A stretch of DNA of 64,000 bases from Candidatus Latescibacterota bacterium (GCA_965116885.1 OZ220741.1:4640001-4704000), one strand, 5' to 3'. Shown: positions 39,389 to 51,381, numbered from the stretch's first letter. Made by a program: numbers and translations. The notes: generated by a model not told the origin, from the letters alone.

Positions 39389-40699
39389 ATGAGTTCCAGT
39401 ACATTTTCCGTTTACAATTCGCTATTTGTCGCAACGGTCTGGTCTGGTCATCCTGTCGGATTTGATCTATTGACCCACGGCGATGTGCAATTTATCGCGT
39501 TTTACAATGCCGAACGCAAAATGACTGTCGGAATGCGGAAGATAGATGAAGATACATGGACATTTGCACATCCAGAAGGTGTATGGCTGGAAAATCGGGG
39601 CCGCCTCTCTTCGGAAATTGGATGGGACAGTCACAATTCACTGACCATGGCCATCGACGACGATGGCCATATTCATTTATGCGGCAATATGCATGTGGAT
39701 CCCTTGATTTACTTTCGCACAACGCGCCCACTTGATGTCACAAGTTTTGAACGCATAGACTTCATGGTCGGCAAAAATGAGGATCGCTGTACCTATCCCG
39801 TGTTTATGCGCGGTCCCAATAATGAATTGATTTTTCGATTTCGAGATGGTAAAAGCGGCAATGGGGTCGATTTTTACAATGCGTATGATGTCCAGACAAA
39901 AACATGGCACCGGATGCACAGTACACCATTGCTCGATGGACTCGACCGCATGAATGCCTACGCGCGCATGCCGGAAAAAGGACCAGATGGGAATTACCAC
40001 ATGGTCTGGATCTGGCGCGATACCCCCGATTGTGCGACCAATCACAACATTTCTTATGCCTGCAGTCCAGACCTCCTATCCTGGGAAACAGGCGGCGGCG
40101 ATATACTGAATTTACCAATTACAATAGAAAGCGGTGCCACCGTCGATCCCGTACCCCCAGGAGGAGGATTGATCAATATGACGCAATCACTGGGCTTTGA
40201 CGACCAGAAGCGCGCTGTGATCAGCTATCACAAACACGACGAAAATGGATACACACAAGCTTATTGTGCGCGGTTGGAAAATGGCGAGTGGGTATTTTAC
40301 AAGGTGAGCAATTGGACCTATCGGTGGGAATTTGGGGGCGGCGGCTCTATCGGTGCAGAAATTCGGTTGGGTGGCGTTAAAGTAGAGGCCGATGGGAATC
40401 TCAGCATGCATTATTGGCATATAAAAGAAGGCCAGGGAATCTGGAAATTGCATCCTAAAACTCTGCAAGTGATCGGGACATACCCACCACCCGATAACGA
40501 AATCCCCGATGAATTGGAGCAAGTAACATCTGATTATCCGGGTATGACGGTCAACCTTCGCGGTGCTCGCGGCAATGGAACACGACCCGGTGAGCAATAC
40601 GTCTTGCGCTGGGAAACACTGGATCGCAACCGCGACAGGCCCAGAGAAAAAATCCCACCGCCGAGTGAATTGAGACTCTATATTCTTCGCAACAATTAA
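39389..40699 (+). CDS. BNR-repeat (BNR_4-like) protein
   Basis: DSHN...GHIHLCGNMH...TYP.F. Confidence 0.75.
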   Translation: MSSSTFSVYNSLFVATVWSGHPVGFDLLTHGDVQFIAFYNAERKMTVGMRKIDEDTWTFAHPEGVWLENRGRLSSEIGWDSHNSLTMAIDDDGHIHLCGNMHVDPLIYFRTTRPLDVTSFERIDFMVGKNEDRCTYPVFMRGPNNELIFRFRDGKSGNGVDFYNAYDVQTKTWHRMHSTPLLDGLDRMNAYARMPEKGPDGNYHMVWIWRDTPDCATNHNISYACSPDLLSWETGGGDILNLPITIESGATVDPVPPGGGLINMTQSLGFDDQKRAVISYHKHDENGYTQAYCARLENGEWVFYKVSNWTYRWEFGGGGSIGAEIRLGGVKVEADGNLSMHYWHIKEGQGIWKLHPKTLQVIGTYPPPDNEIPDELEQVTSDYPGMTVNLRGARGNGTRPGEQYVLRWETLDRNRDRPREKIPPPSELRLYILRNN

Positions 40700-40731
40700 A
40701 AAAGCCCTCCGGTGATCACCGGAGGGCTTTT
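40698..40731. terminator. Bidirectional terminator
   Basis: aaaagccctccggtgatcaccggagggctttt. Confidence 0.85.
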
Positions 40732-40743
40732 GGGTTGCGTTCA

Positions 40744-41997
40744 TTACGCGCCAAGTGCCCAACCCACAGGTAGTGCCACAACGTCATTGCCGAGGTCGTG
40801 AATGCGAGGGTCGTTGGAGAGCACCAATCCCTGCAGGATGGGTTTGTCTAAAATTTCGTCGAGTTTGCGCAAATGGCGGGCATCTGTGGAAGCAACGCGT
40901 TCCGCCATTTTTATTTCAATAGGCACAAAGCCCTGTTCGGTTTCGAGCAACAAATCGACTTCGCGTCCATCAGCCGTGCGCAGATGATAACAGTCAATGG
41001 GCAACCGGCTATTTTGAATTTGTTTGTAAATTTCAGCAATAATAGCACTTTCAAATTCATGGCCTGTGAGTTGACCGCGTCGATTGAGCAACGCACGCTG
41101 GATGCCGGGATCGAGAAAATGAACTTTTGGTGCTTTGGACAGGCGTTTATTCAGGTTGCGAAACCACGGTTGTAACAAAATGACCTGGTAACTTATTTCG
41201 AGATATGAAATAAAGCGTTTGACAGTTTTGGATGTGACACCGGTAAGTTGAGCCAATTCATTCATATTGAGCAACACGCCAGTCAGCCCTGCCAATGCAC
41301 GCTGCATGCGAGCAAAAGGCGTGAGATCGCGCAAATTGGCGAGATCGCGCAGGTCGCGCTGAAGATAGGTTTGGATGTAGTCGTGCAACCAATCGTATTT
41401 ATCGCGGATAGTGAGCCTGGGATCAACGACGGCTGGCATGGCACCAAAATTCAGATAATGTGCCATGTGATGTACTACCTGTGCGTAGCGTTCGCTCTGG
41501 AGTGGCATACCCGAATACAAAATATCGCGTTCACCAGTTTTTAGAAAACGGATGAATCTGGAATCCACAATAGTGTCATCCCAGGAATCCGTCAGCATTT
41601 CCGGCAATGTGAGAGGATACAGCTCAATAAGGGAGATACGCCCGGCCAAACTTTCGCGGATCTGTTCCATTAACAGGATTTGGCTGGAACCGAGCAAGAT
41701 ACTGCGCGCATCGGGATACTGATCGTAAACGGCTTTGATAGACTCTATGATCGCAGGTGCTTTTTGCACTTCATCCAGAATGACATTGGGATACTGTCGA
41801 TACCATTGTGCAGCCGAAAGCGCAGTGAAATCTGGACGCGTGATCGGATCATCGAGGGAAATGTATGAATAGTCGGAAAATCCCGTTTGTACCAATGTGG
41901 TCTTGCCCGTTTGTCGCGCTCCTGTCAAAGCAATGAGACGCCCCAGCCTGGAAGCAGATCTTTGTTTGATAAGTGAAAGGATGGTTCTATTTTTCAA
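40744..41997 (-). CDS. AAA_14 + DUF4143 ATP-binding protein (probable TTG start)
   Basis: GARQTGKT, DEVQ, GSS, ESLAGR, EVD..IEIK; GAGGTG RBS before TTG. Confidence 0.9.
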   Translation of the reverse strand: MKNRTILSLIKQRSASRLGRLIALTGARQTGKTTLVQTGFSDYSYISLDDPITRPDFTALSAAQWYRQYPNVILDEVQKAPAIIESIKAVYDQYPDARSILLGSSQILLMEQIRESLAGRISLIELYPLTLPEMLTDSWDDTIVDSRFIRFLKTGERDILYSGMPLQSERYAQVVHHMAHYLNFGAMPAVVDPRLTIRDKYDWLHDYIQTYLQRDLRDLANLRDLTPFARMQRALAGLTGVLLNMNELAQLTGVTSKTVKRFISYLEISYQVILLQPWFRNLNKRLSKAPKVHFLDPGIQRALLNRRGQLTGHEFESAIIAEIYKQIQNSRLPIDCYHLRTADGREVDLLLETEQGFVPIEIKMAERVASTDARHLRKLDEILDKPILQGLVLSNDPRIHDLGNDVVALPVGWALGA

Positions 41998-42198
41998 GTT
42001 ATCACCTCTATTGGCGTAAAATTTGGACTTATATTCCATAATTTACGCCAAAATTTGGAATAAACAACCATAATTTACGCCAATATAGTGTAACCCCTTG
42101 CTGCAAGTTGATAATATTTCTCTTTGGTGATGAGACTTCATAGATTATTTTCTCCAGATAGATATATTTTGTGATAGCGTTCTAAAAAAGGAGACACC

Positions 42199-43158
42199 AT
42201 GAGTTCTGATACATTTCGCGGGGTATTTACCATACCCTCAACACCGTTTAAGCAAAATGGAGATGTCGATTGGAGTGACCTCAAGCGCGTGCTGGATTTT
42301 TGTATCACCTGTGGCGCACACGGAATTGTCTGGCCCGTAAATGCCAGTAGTTTTCCCGTATTGACCGACCGGGAACGCCTGCACGGAATGCAGATGGTCG
42401 TAGAACACACCGCCGGACGCATTCCTGTAATTCTCGGCGTTCAGGGGGCGAGTGGTAATCACGCGGCAATGTTCGCACGCCACGCGCAGGCATTGGAGGC
42501 CGATGGCGTCATAGCAATGGCCCCTTATATAGAGCCAATTGAAGACGAAGATGCGATGGTACACTATTATCAAGCAATAGACCGCGAAGTGGATATGCCA
42601 ATTTTTATACAAAATCACATGCGGGGCAGCGAGTTGTCAATCAATACAGTGGTGCGCTTGATCAGCGAAGTAGAACACATAGAATACGTTAAGGAAGAGG
42701 TCTTCCCTCCAACGCACATGATTACGGGCTTAATCGAACAGGCCGGGCCAAAATTAAAAGGCGTATTTGGCGGAGCCAGCGGTCGCTATTTACTGCTCGA
42801 ACATCCGCGCGGTGTGGCCGGACAAATGCCGGGCTGTCACATAACAGATGTTGTGGTGCGCCTGTGGAATGCTCTGGAAGCTGGAGACTTGAAAGAGGCA
42901 AAACGGGTATATGGCATCATGGCTCCCCTATTTGCGCTCGAGACAGTAAAAGGTACGAATTATCCCGAAATACTGCGCCGACGCCAGGTCATCAAAAGTT
43001 CGCACAGCCGTTTGACAATCCGCTTCCCAACTCAAGATGCGTACGATCACGAAGCCCTCGACGATATTTTGCGGGATATAGAACCGCTATTTACCTGGAA
43101 CGAAAAGCCACTGCTATACGGTCCCCCCGAATGGCTCAAAGATCAATGGACGGATTAA
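42199..43158 (+). CDS. Dihydrodipicolinate synthase family lyase
   Basis: GVFTIPSTPF...IFIQN...YVKEE. Confidence 0.88.
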   Translation: MSSDTFRGVFTIPSTPFKQNGDVDWSDLKRVLDFCITCGAHGIVWPVNASSFPVLTDRERLHGMQMVVEHTAGRIPVILGVQGASGNHAAMFARHAQALEADGVIAMAPYIEPIEDEDAMVHYYQAIDREVDMPIFIQNHMRGSELSINTVVRLISEVEHIEYVKEEVFPPTHMITGLIEQAGPKLKGVFGGASGRYLLLEHPRGVAGQMPGCHITDVVVRLWNALEAGDLKEAKRVYGIMAPLFALETVKGTNYPEILRRRQVIKSSHSRLTIRFPTQDAYDHEALDDILRDIEPLFTWNEKPLLYGPPEWLKDQWTD

Positions 43159-43210
43159 ACCGGCCTTTGTAAATAATCGCTCAATCTCCGATTTGTGACA
43201 CGGAAATTTC

Positions 43211-45637
43211 ATGCACCTGAAATCATTGTCTCGATTGACAGTTAATTTTTTTCTTCTTTGGGGATTCATCTCATCCGGCAATGCCCAGGAAGTCTCCATA
43301 GTGTCTCAGGATACGACCGCTGCTGGCCGCTGGAGCCTTATAGCCGGCACTGCTTTTTTGACCGCCGGTGAACAGCCCTACATAGATCGAGAAGGCAGCA
43401 TGTGGTGGGGATACCAGGACGATGTCTTTGTGCTAAAGCAGAGTCAGTTGTCAAAGATAACCGTAGGGTGGCCTGTGAGCGCGATAGTGCAAGATTCAAC
43501 GGGGTCCATGTGGTTTTTTGGACATCACAGCGATTCACTCATTGCAGCTCGCTACGACGGTGTGATACGGGAGATAACGAGAACGCAAATAATGCGGAAT
43601 TTGATTGTGGGTCCCCCAGCAGTTGTAGATGGCAAAGGGCGATTTTGGATGCGCGCCAAGCCTTTGTATAGACGCAGATCAGGGCGTGATCCCGGCTACG
43701 GCATCTTTGAATATTCCAATGGTCACTGGTTTAACCACACAAATATAACAACAGGACTCAAACACGACCGTATTTACGACCTGGCCGTTGACCGAGAAGG
43801 CTATCCCTGGGCCGCGACTTACAGCAGTGCCAGCCAATACCGAGCCGGGCAATGGCACAATTATGGTCGGGGAGACGGTTTAAGCAATCAGAAAGTGTAT
43901 CGAATTGCTATAGACAAAAATGGCGATATCTGGTGTACGCATGGTAATCGCGATGATATTTCCGTTTATGACGGTGATAAATGGCGCGTGATCAACACGG
44001 ATTCCGGTATGCCCGTTGGGGAAGTAAGGGCAGCACTTTGTGCGCGAGATGGCACCTTCTGGTTTGGTGTACACTATGATGATATAAAAGACCCAGAACA
44101 AAGCGGTCTGGTTCGCTTTGACGGGCAATCGTGGCTTGTGTTGACAGAGAGGGACGGATTACCGGGTAATCACGTTCTGAAAATTTCCGAACTGCTGGAT
44201 GGAAAGCTGTTATTGCAGATCCGAAAATCAACATCGACGGTATTTGAGTCAGACACGCCGTTGCAAATTTCCAATCAAGCACTTGTGATATTTGAACCCG
44301 ATACAACGCGATGGGCGCGTGTTTCGGGACATGTTGAAAATCGAGATGGAACAGCTACAGATCCCATTGCAGTGTCTCTCACAACGCCCAAAGGGCATGT
44401 AAAAGCGAGCACCGTGACCAATGCTCAGGGTTTTTACGAAATGAGGGTCTTGCCGGGCGAATACAGGGTTCAAGTGCAAGATGCATGGGGTGGAGAACGC
44501 GACATAGTCGTTGCCCCTGGCGAGATTGTCAGTGGCGTGGATATTCGTCCCTTTTGGTTTATCGATTCGGCAACGTTCCGTGCCATTTTCTACCTTGTTT
44601 CTATCCTTTTCACAGTTATTATACTCGTTGGCCTGATCTATATCGTTATTCTCGCAGCAGCCGAGCAACCGCTCAACGTGCCCGAACTGAGTGAAGATCA
44701 CAATCCCCTCCGTCTCAGGTTTCACGGAAATGGGAGCAGCTTGTTTGGCATTTTTGCGATCAATACGTTGCTCACCCTCCTCACGTTCGGTGTGTATTAT
44801 TTTTGGGGTAAGGCAAAAATCCGGCGTTATATGCACAGCCAAACAGAATTGCACAACAGCCGGTTTTCAAACCACACCACCGGCGGCGAACTCTGTATCG
44901 GCTGGATTAAAGCTATCATTTTAATCGTCACAATCGTATTGATTTCGGAAATACCCTCGTTTTTCTGGGAAGATATGACGCACGAGTGGATCACTATGCT
45001 CGCCTTTTATGGACTTCTGCTTTTTGTGTTCCTGCCTCTGGCCATTGTGGGGTCTTTGCGTTTCAGGCTCAGCCGAACTTCTTATCAGGGCATTCGTTTC
45101 TCCTTCAGGGGCAACAGCAAAACATTTTTCAAAATCTATTATATCGGACTGTTAAAAACAATATTCACCCTGGGGTTGTACTATCCCTATTTTGAAACGA
45201 AGATTCGCCTATTCTTGACCAGGAGCGTGCGCTTTGGCACAGGGCGTTTTAAGTTTTTCGGCACGGGGCGCGCCCTGTTCTGGCATTTTGTAGCCACGGT
45301 GTTACTCACGCCTTTTACACTGGGCCTGTGCTGGTATTGGTACTGGGCACGCAAGACGCGCTACTACTGGTCTTGCACGACATTTGAAGGCACCTCATTT
45401 CACTCGACCTTTGTCGGCAGCCGCCTTCTATCGCTGAAGGTAGGAAATTTTATTCTACTCGCCATTTCCCTGGGGCTGGCATGGCCCTGGGTCGCAGTTC
45501 GCAATAACAGATTTTTGTGCGACTATCTCGTTTTGTCCGATCCACCGGATTTTTCCAGTATTGCCCAGGATTTTTCAGACGCCGGAGCAACGGGCGAAGG
45601 CTTGAGCGATTATCTGGATTTTGAGTTTGAGTTTTAG
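43211..45637 (+). CDS. Beta-propeller + Ig-like domain fused to DUF898/YjgN membrane domain
   Basis: DGL..N.V..I..D..G..W repeats; FHGNG..LFGI..NTLLTLLTFGVYYFW. Confidence 0.8.
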   Translation: MHLKSLSRLTVNFFLLWGFISSGNAQEVSIVSQDTTAAGRWSLIAGTAFLTAGEQPYIDREGSMWWGYQDDVFVLKQSQLSKITVGWPVSAIVQDSTGSMWFFGHHSDSLIAARYDGVIREITRTQIMRNLIVGPPAVVDGKGRFWMRAKPLYRRRSGRDPGYGIFEYSNGHWFNHTNITTGLKHDRIYDLAVDREGYPWAATYSSASQYRAGQWHNYGRGDGLSNQKVYRIAIDKNGDIWCTHGNRDDISVYDGDKWRVINTDSGMPVGEVRAALCARDGTFWFGVHYDDIKDPEQSGLVRFDGQSWLVLTERDGLPGNHVLKISELLDGKLLLQIRKSTSTVFESDTPLQISNQALVIFEPDTTRWARVSGHVENRDGTATDPIAVSLTTPKGHVKASTVTNAQGFYEMRVLPGEYRVQVQDAWGGERDIVVAPGEIVSGVDIRPFWFIDSATFRAIFYLVSILFTVIILVGLIYIVILAAAEQPLNVPELSEDHNPLRLRFHGNGSSLFGIFAINTLLTLLTFGVYYFWGKAKIRRYMHSQTELHNSRFSNHTTGGELCIGWIKAIILIVTIVLISEIPSFFWEDMTHEWITMLAFYGLLLFVFLPLAIVGSLRFRLSRTSYQGIRFSFRGNSKTFFKIYYIGLLKTIFTLGLYYPYFETKIRLFLTRSVRFGTGRFKFFGTGRALFWHFVATVLLTPFTLGLCWYWYWARKTRYYWSCTTFEGTSFHSTFVGSRLLSLKVGNFILLAISLGLAWPWVAVRNNRFLCDYLVLSDPPDFSSIAQDFSDAGATGEGLSDYLDFEFEF

Positions 45638-45641
45638 AGCT

Positions 45642-46760
45642 ATGGCACGGGATACACACATGTGGCAAGCGCACTTTTACGATGGGCAAACAGCACAGCC
45701 CCATGCCGTACTGGTAAAAGTTTTGGCGAATGGCCTTGAGGTAATATTTTCAGACCGCCCATCTGAAATTTGGGCTTACGGAAATTTTCGTCAGACCGAG
45801 GGCTTTCACAGCGGAGAATTGGTCCGGTTTGAAAAGAGCGATACCTTTGGACAAGCACTGGTAATAGACGACGTGCAAATTCTGCGGGTAATTCGAGAAC
45901 GCGCTCCCGATTCGAGCTTTCACAATCCCAGACTTCGCCGTTACAGGGTCCCTCTTGTCGGTTTTTCTCTCGTTTCTATTGTGTTTATTATCTGGCTGCT
46001 CTACGGCCATATTCTGCCCCTATTCATCGACGGCATCGCACGCATTGCGCCCGTTGCCTGGGAAGAATCACTTGGCCGATCCGTTGTCGCGTATATCGCA
46101 CCCAAAGAAGACCGCTGCCAGGATGCAATTTATACTGAGGTATTTGATGAAATCGGCGCCCGTTTGACCGCCCCGACAAGCCTGCCCTATACATTTCGCA
46201 TTTACGTCGTCAAGAACGCCCACGTAAACGCCTACGCGCTTCCCGGCGGCTATATGGCTATCACAACCGGCTTTCTAAAGCGCGTAAAATCCGCCGAGCA
46301 AATCGCCGGTGTAATCGCACACGAGATGCAACATGTCGTGCAAAGACACGGCACCCGGGCCGTCTTGCGAGAAATGTCCACGCGTACACTTATTGCAGCT
46401 ATCTCCGGCGGTGGCGAAGGTTTGGACTACGTGCTTGACGGAGCCGCCCTGGTGGGTGCCCTGCGTTTTTCGAGGGACCACGAGTCCTCTGCTGATATCG
46501 GGGGCATGAAAATGATTCTGGATGCAAATATCGATCCAAAGGGAATGGTCGAAGCATTTGAAATCCTTCTCAAAATAACGGGAGATATGCCAGATGGTCT
46601 GGTCTATGCCTCAACCCATCCCTTGACAAAAAATCGCATTCGTTCACTATCGCCCTATTTAGATTCCCTGAAAGTCGATCCCATTCCAATCGTCTCCGAT
46701 TCAACCTGGGCGCGTTTCGCGCAAGCAATTCGCGCAGGCCAATGTCTGCGAAAGGAGTAA
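45642..46760 (+). CDS. M48 family metallopeptidase
   Basis: NAYALPGG, HEMQH, E..AD, STHP. Confidence 0.9.
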   Translation: MARDTHMWQAHFYDGQTAQPHAVLVKVLANGLEVIFSDRPSEIWAYGNFRQTEGFHSGELVRFEKSDTFGQALVIDDVQILRVIRERAPDSSFHNPRLRRYRVPLVGFSLVSIVFIIWLLYGHILPLFIDGIARIAPVAWEESLGRSVVAYIAPKEDRCQDAIYTEVFDEIGARLTAPTSLPYTFRIYVVKNAHVNAYALPGGYMAITTGFLKRVKSAEQIAGVIAHEMQHVVQRHGTRAVLREMSTRTLIAAISGGGEGLDYVLDGAALVGALRFSRDHESSADIGGMKMILDANIDPKGMVEAFEILLKITGDMPDGLVYASTHPLTKNRIRSLSPYLDSLKVDPIPIVSDSTWARFAQAIRAGQCLRKE

Positions 46761-46763
46761 AAA

Positions 46764-48113
46764 ATGTCGAACCCCCGTCCGAATGTCCTCTGGCTTTTTC
46801 TCGAAGATGTGAACCCGTGGATGAGTTGTTATGGCGACCAGACCATACAAACGCCGAATATAGACGCGCTCGCAGCATCGGGCGTAAAATTTGATCGGGC
46901 GTATCAAACCTCTGGCGTATGCTCGCCTTCGCGCTCAGCGACCATTACGGGAATGTATCAAACGACTATAGGCGCGCACAACCACACCAGTTCATACCCC
47001 CTTTTACCCGAAGGGATAAAGACAATACCCGAGTATTTTCGAGACGCCGGATATTACACATTTAACGAGGGCAAAACGCATTACAATTTTGTCTTTGATT
47101 TAGATGTTTTATTTAATCACCATGGGAGCATGGATTTCAAAGGGGCAGAAAACGGAAGCGACTGGTCCGGATGTCCCCCTGATCAACCGTTCTTCGGACA
47201 AATTCAGCTTCGGGGTGGCAAAAGCATTGGATTGCTCAAAGGACCGGGCATCGACCCCGCCTCAGTACCCGTGCCATCGTTCTATCCCGATCACGAAATC
47301 ATCCGCAGAGAAATTGCCCTGCACTACGATTGTATCCTGCACACAGACCGACAGGTGGGATGGATTTTGGAGCGACTACAAGAAGATGGATTGCGCGAAA
47401 ACACGATCATATTTTTATTTAGCGATCACGGGATGCGGTTGCCGCGGCACAAGCAATTTATTTACGAAGGCGGTCACAAAGTCCCATTGATGATTTCATG
47501 GCAGGGCAATACAGATATCGTAAACCCCGGAAGTGTGCGCTCCGACCTCGTCAGCGGCATTGACATCGGTCCCACCTCTCTCGCGCTCGCTGGCCTCGAT
47601 GTGCCCGATTACATGGAAGGCCAAAATCTGTTTGGCGAACATTTCGTCGAGCGCGACTACGTGATTGCCGCAAAAGACCGATGTGATTTCACAATAGACC
47701 GCATGCGCACAGTGCGCACCCAGCGATATCGCTATGTGCGGAACTTTATGACAGACCGCCCTTTTATGCAGGCGCAGTACCGCGATGGATCGGATTATAT
47801 GGAACTGATTCGGACCATGAACGCCAACGGCGAACTGACGCCCGAACAGGCATTTTTCTGGGCAGAAGAACGCATCGCAGAAGAATTTTACGATTGTGAC
47901 GCCGATCCCGAAGAAGTGAACAATCTCGTAGATGATCCAGACCATGCCGAAGCCTTGCAACACCACCGCGATATTCTGACACAGTGGATTGCCCAGACCG
48001 GTGACCAGGGCCAATATCCCGAATCCGAAATCGGCTTGCGATGGGCACTGAAAAGGTGGGGAGATAAATGTGTAAACCCGGAATATGATAAAATAAAAAA
48101 GGAGACACAATGA
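46764..48113 (+). CDS. Sulfatase
   Basis: [11 protein letters not shown]. Confidence 0.92.
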   Translation: MSNPRPNVLWLFLEDVNPWMSCYGDQTIQTPNIDALAASGVKFDRAYQTSGVCSPSRSATITGMYQTTIGAHNHTSSYPLLPEGIKTIPEYFRDAGYYTFNEGKTHYNFVFDLDVLFNHHGSMDFKGAENGSDWSGCPPDQPFFGQIQLRGGKSIGLLKGPGIDPASVPVPSFYPDHEIIRREIALHYDCILHTDRQVGWILERLQEDGLRENTIIFLFSDHGMRLPRHKQFIYEGGHKVPLMISWQGNTDIVNPGSVRSDLVSGIDIGPTSLALAGLDVPDYMEGQNLFGEHFVERDYVIAAKDRCDFTIDRMRTVRTQRYRYVRNFMTDRPFMQAQYRDGSDYMELIRTMNANGELTPEQAFFWAEERIAEEFYDCDADPEEVNNLVDDPDHAEALQHHRDILTQWIAQTGDQGQYPESEIGLRWALKRWGDKCVNPEYDKIKKETQ

Positions 48114-49813
48114 CCAGACCAAATATTCTCGTAATCTTGACCGACGATCAAGGGTGGGGCGATTTGAGTGTACACGGCAACACCAATCTCAACACGCCCA
48201 ATGTGGATTCTCTCGCACGAGATGGCGCGCTATTCGACCGGTTTTACGTCTGTCCGGTATGTGCGCCCACGCGAGCGGAGTTTTTGACGGGACGCTATCA
48301 TCTGCGCGGCGGTGTCCACGGCGTGAGCACCGGCGCCGAGCGACTAAACCTCGATGAAACAACAATTGCCGACGTGTTCAAAGACGCTGGATACGCCACG
48401 GGTGCTTATGGCAAATGGCACAATGGCACACAACATCCCTATCATCCGAACGCACGGGGATTTGACGAGTTTTTCGGGTTCTGCTCCGGACACTGGGGGC
48501 AATATTTCGATGCCGAACTCGAGCACAATGGCGAACTCACGCGCGGAAAGGGATACTTACCCGATGAGTGTACAGACCGCGCCATGGATTTTATGGCAGA
48601 AAATGTCGAACGCGATCAACCGTTCTTCTGTTATCTCCCCTACAATATCCCACACACCCCATTTCAGGTACCCGACGAGTTCTACGATCCATTCCGCGAC
48701 AAACCGATTGAGATGCGGGCGACCAATCCCGACCAGGAAGAAATAGTGCGCACGCGGGCGGCACTGGCTCTCTGTGAAAACATCGATTGGAACGTGGGAC
48801 GCTTACTGGACAAACTCGACGAGTTGAGAATCGCGGAAGACACCATTGTATTTTATTTTGGAGACAATGGACCCAATGGCGCACGGTGGAATGGCGGGAT
48901 GAAAGGCACAAAAGGATCAACAGATGAAGGCGGCGTGCGCGTGGCGGGCTTGATGCGTTGGAAGGGGCATATCCAGGCTGGTACAGTCATTGAAGAAATC
49001 GCCGGAGCGATTGATTTATTGCCCACATTTGCCGACCTTGCGGGTATTGATCTGGAAGTTGAAAAACCCCTGGATGGTCGCAGCCTCAAACCCCTGCTAT
49101 TGGGCGAAGCTGTCGAATGGTCTGACCGCATCATTCTATCACACCAGCGGGCACAATTGAGCGCGCGCAATCAGCGATTCCGACTGGATATAGAGGGCAA
49201 GTTATACGATATGGCCGCCGACGGTGGACAGACAACCGATGTGTCAAAAGAACACCCCGATGTCCACACAGAATTGTCAGATGCCGTAGCAAAATATCAC
49301 GCCGAAGTCTTGCCCGTTAACGACGACCGTCCCTTTGCCACGGGCTACTGGAAAACGACCCGCTTGCCCGCGCGAGATGGGGTACATCACGGCACAGTCC
49401 AGCGCAGTGCAGGCGCGCCCAACTGTTCTTATTTCACGCACTGGACTCAGGTGGGTGATCGGATGACCTGGGATATTGAAGTCGGCACAACCGGCGACTA
49501 TGAAGCGGCGGTTTATTATACATGCCCCGAAGAAGATGTGGGATCAACCGTCGAGCTGGCATTTCATCCCACGCATGGTCAGGCAATAAAAGTGCAAGGA
49601 CAGGTAACCGACGCACACGACCCACCGCTAATCGGCGCAGCAGATGACCGCTATCCCCGCGGTGGCGAGTCTTATGTGAAAGATTTCGAGCCATTGACAT
49701 TGGGAACAATTCACCTGAACGCGGGCAGAGGCACGTTGACCTTACGTGCCCTCGACGTACCCCACTCCCAGGTGATGGACGTGCGACGCGTGATGCTGAC
49801 GTTGAAGGAATGA
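48110..49813 (+). CDS. Arylsulfatase
   Basis: [22 protein letters not shown]. Confidence 0.92.
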   Translation: MTRPNILVILTDDQGWGDLSVHGNTNLNTPNVDSLARDGALFDRFYVCPVCAPTRAEFLTGRYHLRGGVHGVSTGAERLNLDETTIADVFKDAGYATGAYGKWHNGTQHPYHPNARGFDEFFGFCSGHWGQYFDAELEHNGELTRGKGYLPDECTDRAMDFMAENVERDQPFFCYLPYNIPHTPFQVPDEFYDPFRDKPIEMRATNPDQEEIVRTRAALALCENIDWNVGRLLDKLDELRIAEDTIVFYFGDNGPNGARWNGGMKGTKGSTDEGGVRVAGLMRWKGHIQAGTVIEEIAGAIDLLPTFADLAGIDLEVEKPLDGRSLKPLLLGEAVEWSDRIILSHQRAQLSARNQRFRLDIEGKLYDMAADGGQTTDVSKEHPDVHTELSDAVAKYHAEVLPVNDDRPFATGYWKTTRLPARDGVHHGTVQRSAGAPNCSYFTHWTQVGDRMTWDIEVGTTGDYEAAVYYTCPEEDVGSTVELAFHPTHGQAIKVQGQVTDAHDPPLIGAADDRYPRGGESYVKDFEPLTLGTIHLNAGRGTLTLRALDVPHSQVMDVRRVMLTLKE

Positions 49814-50050
49814 GGATGAGACCATCTGGCTGACGCAAAAACTCATGGCTGAGTTGTTTGACACGGCGAAATCTACCATTAGCGAACATTTGAGTAACAT
49901 CTATGCTTCTGGAGAACTGACTAAAAACGCAACTGTTCGGAATTTTCGAACAGTTCAAAGGGCTCGAAAGAAGAACAGGAATCTCTTGGGCGTATCGTCA
50001 ACGCCTATATTGACCTCGCTGAAGATAGGGTACAGCGCAAGATACGCATG
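49812..50050 (+). pseudogene. Internally deleted RhuM-family remnant
   Basis: ETIWLTQKLMAELF...SEHL.NIY.SGEL....TVRNFRTVQ joined to a later segment GRIVNAYIDLAEDR. Confidence 0.75.
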
Positions 50051-50169
50051 GACAGGTAATTTTTTGCTTTTTACAAAAAGTTAGGGACTCTTATCTTTTA
50101 TATACGGATAAATCCTTACTACCCAATTTTACATTTTACTCAATACATTGAGTAAAATTACTCAATACT

Positions 50170-51381
50170 ATGAGCAAAGAAATTTTTACCAGACCCCAGG
50201 CTGCGGAGTTAGTGCGGCGATTAAAAGAATCCCGGCGATTCATTCAGGTCGTTTCGGGAGCGAGGCAGGTCGGCAAAACAACCCTTGCATTGCAAGTGGC
50301 AGACCAGAGCACACTGCCATATCACTTTGCCAGTGCAGATGAACCGACACTTCGCGGCAATGGATGGCTTGAATCTCAATGGGAAGAGGCGCGATTGCTT
50401 GCCGCCAGTTCAGAAAAAGGAGCCTTACTCGTATTGGATGAAGTACAGAAAGTTCCGCATTGGGCTGAAATGGTCAAGTATCTTTGGGATGAAGACACCC
50501 GCAAAAAAACATTGGTAAAAACAGTATTGCTCGGCTCTGCTCCGCTTTTAATCGGGCATGGACTGACAGAAAGCCTTGCGGGACGTTTTGAAACCTTGCA
50601 CATGCCGCACTGGAGCTTTTCTGAAATGCGGACAGCCTTCGGATGGGATCTGAACCAATATCTCTTTTACGGTGCCTATCCAGGTGCCGCACCATTGATA
50701 AAACAACCGCTCCGCTGGTCGCGCTACATCATAGACTCTCTCATTGAAACAACCGTCGCACGCGATGTGCTTTTGCTTTCCCGTGTTGACAAACCGGCGT
50801 TGCTTCGGCGACTATTTGAATTGGGCTGTGCCTATTCGGGCCAAATTCTTTCCTACACAAAAATGATAGGCCAACTTCAGGATGCGGGGAACACAACCAC
50901 GCTTGCCCACTACCTCGACCTGCTTGCAGGTGCTGGCGTACTAACCGGATTGCATAAATACGCGGGTGACACAGCGCGACGCCGGGGATCAAGCCCCAAG
51001 TTTCAAGTCTTCAACACCGCGCTGATAACTGCACTGTCTGACATGACGCAATCAGAAGCGTTTGCAGATCGCGAATTTTGGGGACGCTTAACAGAGTCCG
51101 CAGTGGGCGCACACCTGATCAACGCATCCGCTGGCGGCGCATGTGAAGTATTTTATTGGCGAGAACGCAACCGAGAAGTGGATTTTGTCTTGCGAAAAGG
51201 GAAGAAACTCGTGGCAATAGAAGTAAAAAGCGGGCGCACAACCACTTCGCTTCCCGGCATGGAATCTTTCTCCAAATCTTTCAAACCAGGTCGCCTGTTA
51301 ATCGTCGGTCCGGGTGGGATTTCTCTCGAACGGTTTCTCTCAACACCTGTGGAATATTGGCTAAATCAAACAAAAGTGTAA
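50170..51381 (+). CDS. AAA_14 + DUF4143 ATP-binding protein
   Basis: GARQVGKT, DEVQK, ESLAGR, EVDF..IEVK. Confidence 0.9.
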   Translation: MSKEIFTRPQAAELVRRLKESRRFIQVVSGARQVGKTTLALQVADQSTLPYHFASADEPTLRGNGWLESQWEEARLLAASSEKGALLVLDEVQKVPHWAEMVKYLWDEDTRKKTLVKTVLLGSAPLLIGHGLTESLAGRFETLHMPHWSFSEMRTAFGWDLNQYLFYGAYPGAAPLIKQPLRWSRYIIDSLIETTVARDVLLLSRVDKPALLRRLFELGCAYSGQILSYTKMIGQLQDAGNTTTLAHYLDLLAGAGVLTGLHKYAGDTARRRGSSPKFQVFNTALITALSDMTQSEAFADREFWGRLTESAVGAHLINASAGGACEVFYWRERNREVDFVLRKGKKLVAIEVKSGRTTTSLPGMESFSKSFKPGRLLIVGPGGISLERFLSTPVEYWLNQTKV

